From Welwitschia mirabilis (Eukaryota), in contig JBOZIK010000001.1 of NCBI GenBank assembly GCA_051453625.1, forward strand, positions 23,977,364 through 24,041,363: a stretch of 64,000 bases of DNA, read 5' to 3'. Made by a program: the position numbers and the translations under genes. Every line of letters starts with the position of its first letter. Positions within the stretch are counted from its first letter, which is position 1. Under the pieces are notes generated by a model. It was not told where the DNA came from. It worked only from the letters and a program-made list of their open reading frames with translations, and ran no database searches. Of the stretch, positions 26,909 to 39,130 are shown in pieces.

Positions 26909-28691
26909 TGTTATGAGTCTAATTATTGATATTTAACATCATGTTTATAGTATGTTTTGGAATATTTAATAGGTTTTCAAGCCAAACAAGAAGAATCTAA
27001 ATCTCAATCAAGATGATCATATAGNNNNNNNNNNNNNNNNNNNNNNNNNNNNNNNNNNNNNNNNNNNNNNNNNNNNNNNNNNNNNNNNNNNNNNNNNNNN
27101 NNNNNNNNNNNNNNNNNNNNNNNNAAGAAGAATCTAAATCTCAATCAAGATGATCATATAGAACACAAAATTTTTAGCATATTTCAAACTTTCTAACTTT
27201 TCCAAAGTAACAGGAATCTAGTGCAGAATGATGGATGATGATCAAAAGGCCAGAAGATGAATAAAAGTATGTCATTCTCCTTGTTGTTCAGATGACACTT
27301 TAAGGAATGATTAACAGTATTAACAAACAAATAAGATAGATCTCTATAGATAATCATCCATCATGTCATCCAGATGACAATCCAGAGGATAACAACCATT
27401 GGAGCACTTAAATCACATTTTAAAGATGTACCAAAAAGATGACAAAGTCTACCATCATATTCAACTCCTTTGGGAGATACATAGATGTATCAATCAATTC
27501 TAAAGACATGATCAAGTTAAGGAGATCTTAATTAATGTACTCATAAAACTATGAAGAAAGATTAATTCTAGCAGGAGAAAGCTTTATATGCTAAGAAGCA
27601 AGTTAATTAGGACATAAGTAAATAGAGAATATTGAAGATTACATGTTGTTCACCTCATCGTTTGGATGAAAGACAAGAGAAATAGTAGGATCATAAGGAA
27701 AATAACTTATAAATTAACATATGACACTTTTTCACTTGGTCATTTGGATGACACACAGGCTGATACAAAAGTATGAAGATCAACCATCATCAAGAATCTA
27801 CATAGAAAATAAGAAGATGTTAGAATAAAAGATCAATCATTATTCACCATATCATCTGAATGATTTCTAAGATGACACCTCATCTATGCAACTTAATCAT
27901 CACCAATAAGACATGTTAAAAGAAGAAAATAACTTTCATCCACCCTCTCATCCAGATGGCACCCAAGTGAATGACACTTATAAAGAATACAAAATGAACT
28001 TCATTAGTTATGTAATCATTGACATGATGGCCTTTGATCCATTATAAGTCTTCTGTAACCTTAATCACCATTCCACATCCATAAATACAATCCTTAGATT
28101 CCTTATTTTTCATCTTAGATGCATTGATTATTCTAGTGATGATTTGGAGATTCATTAAGTAAGGGATTCATTCTAGTTATAGAGAATTACATCTCTTGGT
28201 ATGGATTTGTATCTTAGTCAATGAAAAGCTTTTGCTTTATACATAGATGTGGGAACACTGTGATTAATAACATCATTTTATTTATTTGAAATATTCTCTC
28301 TTATGATCTTCATATGTTATGTTATAAGTAAGTTAACTATATAAGATTAATTCTGATTTTTTATATATTGTATGGGGACCCAATTGAGGTGACAAAAAAT
28401 TGGTAAACTTGGTTAGGATTTTCATTTAGGTTACATCCATATTTGCATTTTGCATTCATCTATTACATCATCATATTTTCATCAATTTATCATTTTCATG
28501 ATTAGAACAAAAATCATTTGTGGCAATATTTTGACTTTCTCTTTAGAATTCATTTCTAAAGTGTGACATTTGGATTAACACCCATATACTAGTGGGTTTT
28601 GTGTGAATTTTATTAATATTTGCAAGTATTAAAGATTAAAGATTCATTGAAAGAAGGTACTAAATTAATCACAAAATTTGCACTCCAATCA
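26909..28691 (+). repeat. 3' LTR (contains 100-N gap 27025-27124)
   Basis: TG start after the PPT, ends ...GCACTCCAATCA, and is homologous to 19684-21338. Confidence 0.9.
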
Positions 28692-29949
28692 AAAGGAACC
28701 AAACTAATATTATTTTTGCATGATGTCTAAGATGTTTCTCCTAAGAATATTCTAGTATCTCTTCATGAATTTAAAATTCAAACCTTTTAAATCTTCTTCC
28801 TTATTATTTGGTATCATCTTGATGATGTCTAAAATTTCTTCCTTTGTGAGGGTTCTCCTTAGGTTTTGATTATCTTCTTCTGAGATCCATTCTAGGATTA
28901 GGCCCTGTAGCTTTTAAGGATTTATTAATTTGTATTAGATATAGAAAACTACCTTTTCTAAATCTTCTACTTCATTATTTGAGAATCTAACTAGATTTTT
29001 GTTAGCCTACAGTTGAGTGGATTTTAAGTGAGATTACCTAGATTTATAATCTCCTTCTTTTAGCCACTTATTCTTAACTCTTTGCCTCAACTAGATTATC
29101 TCTTTTTGAAATACCTATTTATCTTACTTTCCTTCTCTATGAGTTCTAGTATGATTTCCTCTTGTTTTATAAGTTATTCTATTGGGTGATATGTTTTGAT
29201 AATACAATCTAATTTTTTTGAGTGTCAGGTAACCACAAGGATTTCCTACTTCATTAGCACACTTGTCAAAAAATTTTTGATTTAATCATTGAGTATTTGG
29301 TTTCTTTCATCTCTCTTTAAGCCTTCTAGATTCTCTTGACGTTCTTCTTAATCTCTTATCTTTGGATCTATATATTTTAAACCTAAAATGGAAGTGTTTT
29401 AGGTAATTAGTATCCCATTCATACATGATAGGTCAGTTGTTAAACATAAGTCATGGAAGAGCCCACCCTACTGAGGCCTTCCTCTTTCAAATTTCTTCAG
29501 TTACGATGAACCTGTTTAGTGTAATCCTCTTCATTTACTAGTTAGCTTTATCTTTTTCCAAGTAAAACATGAGAGGGAGGTGATAAATTCTAGCCTGTCT
29601 TCTATGCTTTTAATCTTATTAAAAATGTTTGATCACCATGCATCAATCATGTTACTCATTCTGTCCATTGGCTATAGTTCATGTTCAAGTTTACTCCCAT
29701 GACTAAGACTTTCTCTTTTACCAAATTTTTTATTGGTTTCACCTCTAAACAAAATTTTATATTGTTTCTTAGTTTCACCATAAGATTAAGTATTTTTTAG
29801 GATTTATCCTAGATTCCTAGCATCTGATCTTTATTGATTATCAACTTGAAGAAGAACTTGATCCTCTAAAGGATGGGTGGATCTCTCTGCTTAGCTAAGG
29901 ATGTGATCTAGTCACTTTTCCATTCATAATTACTAGACCACTTACAATC

Positions 29950-31750
29950 ATAGCACTTGATTCCTTTAAGAATAATATTGACTTTCTCACAGCTCAATGT
30001 CTTGATTAACTAATCTTCTTTTTTTTGATAGGGTTATTGAATCATACATAATTCCATGACATTATTCACATGAAATTAATTTACTTTTCATATCCCTCAT
30101 GGGAAGCTTTCCATTACATTTCCTCCTTCTCTATGTTATCCAATATTTATTCCCCCTAGGAATCCTTTTGAAGGTCATGAATATCTTATTGCAATTTAAT
30201 TTGGATAATATCATCTAAACTGCCATGTATTGCATCGAGAATGTCATGCTCTAGCTTCTTTTTAAGTCTCTTATGTATGGATGGCTTTTTGGGTCCTCTC
30301 TGACTAGAGTTTTGTGTTGATCCCCTCCACAAGTATTTGTATCCATATTTACTTGGTGTTGAGGATCTCCTTATCGGTTCCTCTTATATGGTCCACATTT
30401 TTTCTACTAATAAGATGCTATAGTTGTTGTGTTTTTTTGCAAGTTATTCTTTGATATTCTTTTCTTCCTCCTTGAAGTAACTACTTTCAACTCCTAGTTT
30501 TCATCCCTCTTATCCATACTTCTTATTGTAAAGACCACCTTAACCTATATTGGGTGCTATTAGCTTTTTTACCACATTCCTTGATGTGATTACCTCTGGT
30601 CTTACTTGGGAAGCCCCTTTGACTATGAAATTTAAGTTTGCTAGTGCTTTCACCCTTGATTTCCATGTGATATTGCCTTAGTTCTCATTTTCATTTCCTT
30701 ATGATCATTATTTGCTTTTCCATGTGCATAATTTACACACATGAGGAGGGGTTCCTCCTATCTTTAAGGACCCTTTTCTTGCTGAGTATTATGGTGAAGG
30801 TTATCCTAGGGCTTGTTTCATTAGTTCTTATCATAGTTTATGAATATATAGATTGTTTACATACAGATATGATGTACATTGGGAATGTTTTCAAAAATCA
30901 AACTTTGTAAAAATATACTATGTGGTTCCTTCAACTTAATGAAAGAAACGATCTTGGTATCCTCCATCATTTCAACATACATTCTATTATTTATGATAAG
31001 GATATCATTAGCTATAACCTAATCAATCAAGATGAGTTCCAAAAAGAGGGATACCATCCTTCATAAGATTGCTTTCATCTAATATTCCATAGGTTCTCTT
31101 GCCATTTGAACCCATACAATAAGCTAGCATTTCTACCTTACTTTGTTAAATTTTTCATTTTGCCTAAGTAGAAGGCTTGGGTACCACTATTTTACTTGCA
31201 TTATCAAGTGATCCACTATCTAGGCCACCATAGCCTCAATATCATTTCTATCTTGTTCTTTAAAAAAATACAAAAGGAAAGCATTACCTCATATTGATGC
31301 TAAGTTAATTGTTATGCCTACCTAACCCTTTGATGCCCAATCCTACATTTATTTTTATGTTGGACCTCTTCTATTGGAAGTTCCTACTAGGGTTAATTTA
31401 AATTTGTTTTCTTGGCCTTTTACAATTTTCTATGAGACTTCTACTTAATAGCTTTCATCTATTATTCTAGTCGTAATGTCTAGGTCATCTTGAATCAATG
31501 CATACTATTACTAGAATTGTATTTTTTCTCTTAGGCCTTTGCAAAATAGTTTATTAATTAGTCCTTATCATGTTTTGCTTTTGTGCATCATCCTAGCCCT
31601 CTAGTAATAGATTGGACTTCCCTCATCAGAGGATGGGTTCATCATTCTTCCTAGGCATCATTACCATTTTTATCTATCGTTTATTTTTATTAGATCCTTT
31701 GATCTACTTACTTATGCTTTTTTCTTTAGCTAAAGGGAGATCTTTTATTG
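29950..31750 (+). pseudogene. Extremely decayed Ty3/gypsy RT-RNaseH-like relic
   Basis: Faint motif echoes only, in the expected order: DL..G (30364), KTT (30532), FDYE..FASA (~30618), IDA (~31293), and RW..L...Y.F.YR (~31630). No continuous frame. Confidence 0.3.
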
Positions 31751-32024
31751 TTGTATGATTCCAGAGTTCGTTTCACCTAGGTGATATTATTGTCGATTTT
31801 TCCTATCTTTTATTTTTAATCTCTCAGATTCTCCAATCTACTCACTCACACTTCTTCACTTAGCTCAAGAAGAATCTTGTTGTTACTATATAATCCCTAA
31901 GCTAAATTTTGTTGTATTGCAATCACATGCAATCCCATGAATAGTCTTAATATCCTTTCTGTTTCCATAAAATCCTAGTTGTAGAATCTTTCCATCCTCA
32001 TGAGCTTCCTTGAACATATATAAT

Positions 32025-35000
32025 AAATATCACATTATTGAAGGTTAAGATTAATAATTTTATATGATCTCAATAAGAATGGTATTACCATTATTAGCTA
32101 ATTATTTCTTACTAATATATTTTTTCATTCTATAACTTAGGATAAATAATTAGATTTATGCTTTTTATTTCTTTCAAATGAACATGATTTAGTAGATTCA
32201 TAAGTTGATACTAAGGATTATCCTTTAAGGTTATATGATTACCTAATTAGAAAGTTTAGGAAGGAATGTATAATAAGATTGAATATATAATTATTCTAAA
32301 ATGGTTATAAGTTTTATCATTTTTAAAGTTATATATTTAAGCTCTCAAGGATTCTGATTTATAAGGTAGGAGATTTTTTAAAACATGGTTATGAGCTAAT
32401 CATACTTTTAAGATTATTTAAGTATTATACTTATTATAATTATAAACTTTTTTATTATCATAATCATAATTAACGTCATAATTAGTTGTACTGAGGTTAT
32501 CATAGATTTAATTATCTTCATGATTATTTAGGATTTAACATGAATGTATTTTAGGAATTATTGTTAATATGGATATAATTAACTTAAAAGCTTATAATTA
32601 ATTAATATAAATTCAATTTAAGTTAATCTAGGGCTTTGATACCATTATGTAATACCCTAACTTAATTCACCTTTAATAAGCACATATTTTTTTTAGATTA
32701 ATTAAAATTCTTAGTGGGCCTTAGGATCAACTTCTATATATACTTTGTTAGCATTTTCATATTTATATTTAAGAAAAATAGATATTATAAATATTTCTTA
32801 TAGAAAGATGAATTTGATTTGCAGACAATAGAGATGTCACTTATATGTCCTATATTTCTTCTTAGTTTTTTCACTACATATAGATGTCTTATATATAGTT
32901 GATGAGATGTCAACGTGTTTTAATACAAACATGGATATAAGCTTAGGATATTTCCCAACTAATATAAAATGAGATCACATCTTCTATTAATGGCATTTCA
33001 ACTAGATATCCACTTGCCATCTAGAAATGAGTTGGTTTTACTTCAGTTTTTAAATTAAACAAACATGGTTGGACTTAACTCCATAAGCTTAAACTTCACC
33101 TTGATATAATATCAAATATGCGACAAAAGATATATGAGGTGGACGCATGCTTATAAGTAACCTTAACTTCCTTGAATCATCTTAGGATTATGCAACATGA
33201 TCCATCAATAAAAATGGCTTGGGATATTATGTCAGAGTAAGTACATACATGGGAAGGGTAGAGGAGTAATGATAAATCTTCTTATAGAAGGGTTTATTGG
33301 AAAAATGCAATGCAACTCACTTTGGTGACGTCATCTAAGTATGGAAATGAACTTTAGCAGAATTTATCTTGATTTAGTTATCACTCGATGAACACACCAC
33401 AGAAATGTATGGATACAATGCTAACTAATATGGACGTTTAGTTGTTTATTTACCTATAAAATATAAATCTAGCTCCATTGGCTTTATTTTATTACAAACA
33501 ATCACACATAGAAGAAAAGAAAAACATGCATAATCTTTATTTAACACGTTACACAATAATTACTTTTCAAAATATAGCAATAGAATTTAAGATATTATAA
33601 ATATAGTCTTTTCATTTTACATAATTATAGCTTCCAAATAAATCATATTTCACTCTACAGCCCTTTCTGAAAAGAAATAAAAATATTTTACACATGAAAC
33701 TATATTCCACTTTAAAACCCTTTCTTCACATTTAACTAGTAACTTTCTAATATAATAGTATGGTTAATAAAAAGAAAGAGAAAGAGAAAAATAATAATAA
33801 TATGTAATGCTTACTTAAAGCTCATCAATCTATAAAATCAACAAAGGAGAGAAAAATCAAAAAAAACTAATTAGATCATCTAAATTGCCAAAATTAAAAT
33901 CCTCTTAAATTTTTAAAACTATTTTCTAGAATAATGGTAAATAAAAAGAAGAGGATTTTAAATAGAAATGAGAATTATTAATTATATTATAAAATTAAAA
34001 CAACATTAAACTACATCTTTTGTAAATAATGAATTAGTCAAACTTAGCCATGCTAAAATAGAAAATTCACTCACTATTCACAAATAAGGCCTTAATAAAG
34101 AGGGTATAAATTATGCTTTATCAAAGAAATCTTAACACAAACTTGATGACTAAAATTAAAAATTAAAACTTAATTATTTATAAGGGTAAAAATAAATCAT
34201 TATAATTTTTCTTAAACTAAACTAAATAATAGGAAGATGGAATTGCTAATAATTGTGCATCAGCATGACATGGTGAAACTATACTCGGGCCTTAGACACA
34301 CTGCCTGTCACACCTTGGAAAAAGCTCTCACAAAAAAGTAGTAAAGCCAAAGACAGCACTTGCATATACACAACATTTTAGTAGTGGAGAGATATGTGTG
34401 CTATGTCAATAACTTCTAAAACCTAGCTCTTTCCAATTTTGATAACAATAAATATGTTTACTAAGATTATACATTAAGTGTAAAACTATATAAAGTTACA
34501 TAATTATAAAACCACACTATACTAAAAAGTTCATAACTTTTAAAACTACTTTGAATTTTTGAATGCTTCAAAATTCTTTGGAAAGCTTATTCAATTCTTT
34601 ATAATCTATACTATTAATTCATGGGAAAAGACTTATTATTCATTTTGTAATCTCAGACTTAATGTTTAATATTTTTATGTTTATTTCCAAAGGTAGTTTT
34701 ATAAAATAGTTTTTAAGAAAATTTCTTACCCTCAAAAAATTTATTATTGTTAAATTTTAATAATCTAAACTAAATCATAAACTTATAAAAAAACCTCACT
34801 AAAATCGAAGTAACATTTATGACTTATAATCCCTTTAACTTATGTTACCAATCTATTTAAAAAAAGAACTTATCCATGCAAGAACAAAAAAAAAGAACTT
34901 ATCCATGCAAGAACATAAAAAATCATATTTAAAAAAAAAAAGAACTTATCCATGCAACATTTATGTTACCAATCATATTAAAAAAAAAGAACTTATCCAT

Positions 35001-35077
35001 GCAAGAACATAAAAAATCATATTTAAATCTAAGCAAATATGGTTAAAAAAATTTAATATAATAGTTAATTTAATTAT
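32025..35077 (-). mobile_element. Truncated Tekay/Del-like element (5' LTR, PBS and leader only)
   Basis: The plus strand has GCTTTGATACCA (32633-32644, reverse complement of the tRNA-iMet PBS) followed by the TGTAATACCC LTR terminus at 32648. The leader resembles 55045-55780, and the LTR resembles 35078-35799 and 39131-39640. Confidence 0.75.
34836..35027. repeat. Mosaic tandem repeat, core (A)nGAACTTATCCATGCAA x4
   Basis: Four identical cores are interleaved with repeated TTATGTTACCAATC and GAACATAAAAAATCATATTT pieces. Confidence 0.9.
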
Positions 35078-35899
35078 TATGACATCCTCTCTTTTGTTGT
35101 ACTAATTAAGCACTTTTATTTTTTCCTTCCTTTTCTTCTTTAGTATTATTACCTAATAGACATAGCAGAACCTAGGATTAAATTTTACTTACTCTTTTAT
35201 TAGCATTTCTATATTCTAATAAAAATAAATTATGTTAATATTATATATTTACCTATAATTAATTTATAAATTTTTTTTTGCATACAGACAATAGCATTGT
35301 CATAAGTTTGTGTTCTCCATTTCTTCCTAGTTTTCATCACATACAAAGATATCTTGTAAATAGTTAAGGAAATGTAAACTTGCTGTAAACATACATGGAT
35401 AAGTTTAAAGATAATACTTAATTAATATAATAAGATATTGCAACTCCCATTAATGGCATTTCAAATCGATACTCAGCCATCCACTAGACATGAGTTTATT
35501 CTACTTTAGGTTCTAAACTATACAAACATGGTTGGGCTCAACTACATAAGTTTACACTTCACCTCGATACACTCCTAATATAGGTAACAAGTAGTAGAGG
35601 TATATTCATGCTTACAAATGACCCCTGCTTCCTTGAAATGTCTTTGAATAGTGCAACATGATCCATCGATTCAAGGGCTCAAGATATTTAGTCGAAGTAA
35701 GTCCATATATGGGTAAGGCAAGAGATTGGTAGTCAAATCCATTTTTAAAAAGATATTATAAAAAATATGCAACCCACTTTGGTGATAAAATCCAAGTATN
35801 NNNNNNNNNNNNNNNNNNNNNNNNNNNNNNNNNNNNNNNNNNNNNNNNNNNNNNNNNNNNNNNNNNNNNNNNNNNNNNNNNNNNNNNNNNNNNNNNNNN

Positions 35900-38800
35900 A
35901 ACCAAAAAACTATGTTAAAACAGAAAATTTTTAATGGGTAATTATTTTTAAAAAATTATCTATTAAAATATGTTAGAAAATAAATGCAAGAACGGTAAGA
36001 AAGTAATTTATATTTCTCTATATATATCTTAACATATTTGCAACCATGAGGATCCTATGTTATAGTAAATTGAATAATCTATCTAAAAAATTTTAAATTA
36101 TTTAAAAAATCAAACTATTTTAAAAGTTATGATTATTTTAGTGTAGTGTGATGGGACTATAATTTTAGTAAATTTAATAGTTCTTATCCTTAAATAATAA
36201 TATTAGAACTAATATTTTTAGAATTCCAAGATAGCTTAAGTTAGATTTTTAGAAATCATAGATTTTTAGAAATCTAAAATAGTATACTTTTTGAAAAACT
36301 ATTACAATTTATTTTTTACTTTATAATGATGTCTCCTTAGAGCTTAAAACTATTATAATTAATATTTAAATTTATAGGAAAATTATCGCACAATATTTTG
36401 TAGGGAAATTGAGCATATAAAGTATCTTATTATAAGTAGATTTAAGTCAAATTAGCTATAAATGGTATTTATTTGTAGAAATACTTTTCCCCTTTTTCTT
36501 TAGCTTACTTTGAATTTGCATGATTGTCAGAGTTTTTAGCTTAATAGTTTAAGTAACATAAGTAGTATTAAGCTTTTCACTTATTTTTATTAACTTATAA
36601 CATAACTATATGAAATATTGGATCAATACTTATATCTTAACAATTATGCTTAAGCTATACCTTCTTTTGTTTACCTTCTTTGTACCAATCCATGGAGATT
36701 ATCATATGAGCATAAAAGAATGTTTCTAGGATTGTCTTACTCTAGGTATATTTGAATTTCTTTAAGTACACTATTTTATATTTTTATTTTTTTAAACAAT
36801 AATGGAGTATATTAAACTAGAAAATCTACATAAGGTAAATAAAAATGCCCTAACTTGATGGGAGAATTAAACTATTCAAAGAAAGGAAGAAAATTCTATG
36901 GGGTATTCAAAAATGAACTAAAAATAGAGTAAAAATAAGGGAGAAATCACCCCTAGTAAAACATTCAAAGAATAGGAATCTGACTATCTAGGAGAGCATT
37001 TTACAACAAACACTAGAGTAAACTATTGTCCAATAAAACTAAGGACAAAAATTCCTTAGGGTACCAAAAATAATATAAACTAAAATTATGCTAGAGCAAT
37101 GACTTGAAGTATGGAGGATTAGTATCCTCTATAAATAAGGAAAGAGATTACCATGGTTATGTTCTAGTAAGAAGTAGTCCATTTCATCAAATGATAGTTT
37201 AAAAGCCTGATTTACCTCTTTGAATTCTTTAGCACCTACTTGATTTTTATCTTGATGTAATATGTGTAGTTTATTTATGTAACTAGACTTGATAGCTTAT
37301 GGAAAGACTCTATGGAAGATTTTTAAGGTGATAAAGGGACATCTCTTTAGTTAAGCATGACCCCTTATTTTGCAATATCAATATTTATATATTCCTATGA
37401 GTTATGCTGTCTTTCTTCTAAAAAGAAATCTGTGGTTAAATTTTGGGCCAGACTAGGGCTCTTTCTCAGATAAGGGAAGGCCTAGCCATGAGATTACTCC
37501 CTTTACTCCTAGGAGTTGGTTGGTACATGCTCCTAAGCTATCTCTTGAGCTATCTCCTTCTGTGTTGGTGTGAACTTAACTCCTCTATCTGGGGGTCTGG
37601 GTGTGAAGTCATCCCTTGTTAAGATCTGGGAACACCTTATGTAATGTTTCCCTCAGATTAAAGGATTTCTTCCATGGTGGTTCTTCTCTTAGATGTTCTC
37701 CTTGGAGGGGTCTATTAAGGATGTTATCATAGGGGTGAATAACGGGTCTCTCTTACCCTAATCTCATTGGCTGCTTACCATAATGCCAAATTTAATATAG
37801 AATATCTAGCAATATCCTTTTGTCAAAGGGCCTAAACAAAGAATAAGGGTAAATTCACCTAGATCCCTAGGTATAGGGCTTTAAGAACCATGAAGTAAAT
37901 TCCTAAAAGCTTAGAGAAATATTTTAATTAAATGAAATATTGATTAACTAATTTTACACTTAAACCTCATGGGATGGTAGCACTTTCTAGCTTATGTTGC
38001 CATTAAGAAACTTAAAAACACCACCAACAAAGAAATGAAGCACCTCTTATTGCCCTTATCTTTTAAGAAGGATTCTTTCTCTAGATGTAGGGATTTTATT
38101 TTATATTTTTATTATTATTGAAAAGAAAAAAGTAATATTTCCTTTATTTAATAGAAAAGAAAATAATATTTTCTTTATCTAGATTTTTATTATTATAATT
38201 TTTAAAAAAGAAATGTTCTTGTATGCTTGTTTCATTTTTATGGTTCTTTCTATAAAATGAAATAAATGATGAGTAAAATTATTATAAATAAGTAAATAAT
38301 TCATTAAATATCTAAATTAGTTAGAATTATTTGTATTCATTTGTATGGTGTGTTCACCAATAGAACTAAATCAAGATAATCCTAATAATGTTCATTATCA
38401 AACTTGGATATTATTTACCAAAGTGGGTTGCATTGCATTTTTTTTAATAATATCCTTTTGGAAGTGGATTTAATCATCACTCTCCTACCCTACTCATGTA
38501 TGATTTTACTCCAAGTTAATACCTTAAGCTCTTAACATCAATAAATCATGTTGCACCATCTAAAAGTGATTCAAGGAATAGGGGTCCTTTGCAAGAATGC
38601 ATCCATATCATGTATCACTTGTCACTTGTATTCGGGATATATCGAGTGAAGTGAAAGGCTATAGAGTTGAGCCTAGTCATGTTCGCATGGTTTAGAACAT
38701 AAAGTAGAACCAAATCACATTTGGAGGGTGGTCAGATATTGAGTTGAAATACCATTAATTGGAATTTTAACTTCTTATTATACTTGTTAGGTATTATCCT

Positions 38801-39130
38801 TAAAAACTTTATCCATGTATATTGACAACAAGTTTACGTCTCCTCAACTATTCACAAGATATCTTTTATCTGATGAAAAACTAGAAAGAAAAAGAACACA
38901 TAAACTTATGACATAACTATTATTTATAAAGCAAAATAAACTAGGAATTAATTATAAGTGAATATATAATATTAATATGCTTTTCTTTCTTATAATATAG
39001 AAAATCTAATTAAGAAGTAAGTAAAATTTGGTCCTAAGATTCCCTAGGTCTATTAGGTAAAAATATTAAATAAGAAAGGAAGGGAAAACAAAATAGTACT
39101 TAATTAGGGTAAGATCAAAGAGGGTATCAC
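35900..39130 (+). repeat. Same-family Tekay LTR (probable solo LTR) in opposite orientation
   Basis: 38400-39130 is the reverse complement of 35078-35799 and ends ...GAGGGTATCACA. 35900-36420 is the reverse complement of 39131-39640. No PBS follows 39130, and the start is hidden in gap 35800-35899. Confidence 0.8.
36789..38096 (-). mobile_element. 1.3-kb retroposed (TPRT-type) insertion, probably a 5'-truncated non-LTR element
   Basis: Flanked by the 17-bp direct repeat TATTTTATATTTTTATT (36772-36788, 38097-38113). The minus-strand 3' end reads ...TTTAATATACTCCATTATTGTTTAAAAAAA. The segment is absent from the homologous LTR stretch at 63774-64000. Confidence 0.65.

Larger units (their letters stand above)
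19684..28691 (+). mobile_element. Non-autonomous Athila-related LTR element (two LTRs, no recognisable pol)
   Basis: Diverged direct repeats at 19684-21338 and 26909-28691. Decayed PBS AGTTAGCAGAGTTATCGAAGA at 21339 and PPT AGTGGGGGCC at 26897. The flanks GAAAG / AAAAG are compatible with a decayed 5-bp TSD. Confidence 0.85.

Noticed and set aside
26989..27160. 36-bp repeat around gap 27025-27124
   Set aside because: The sister LTR has a single copy, so this is an assembly overlap.
34860..35010. Repeat-spacer appearance suggesting CRISPR
   Set aside because: The spacers are themselves repeated and irregular, the context is eukaryotic TE sequence, and no cas genes are present.
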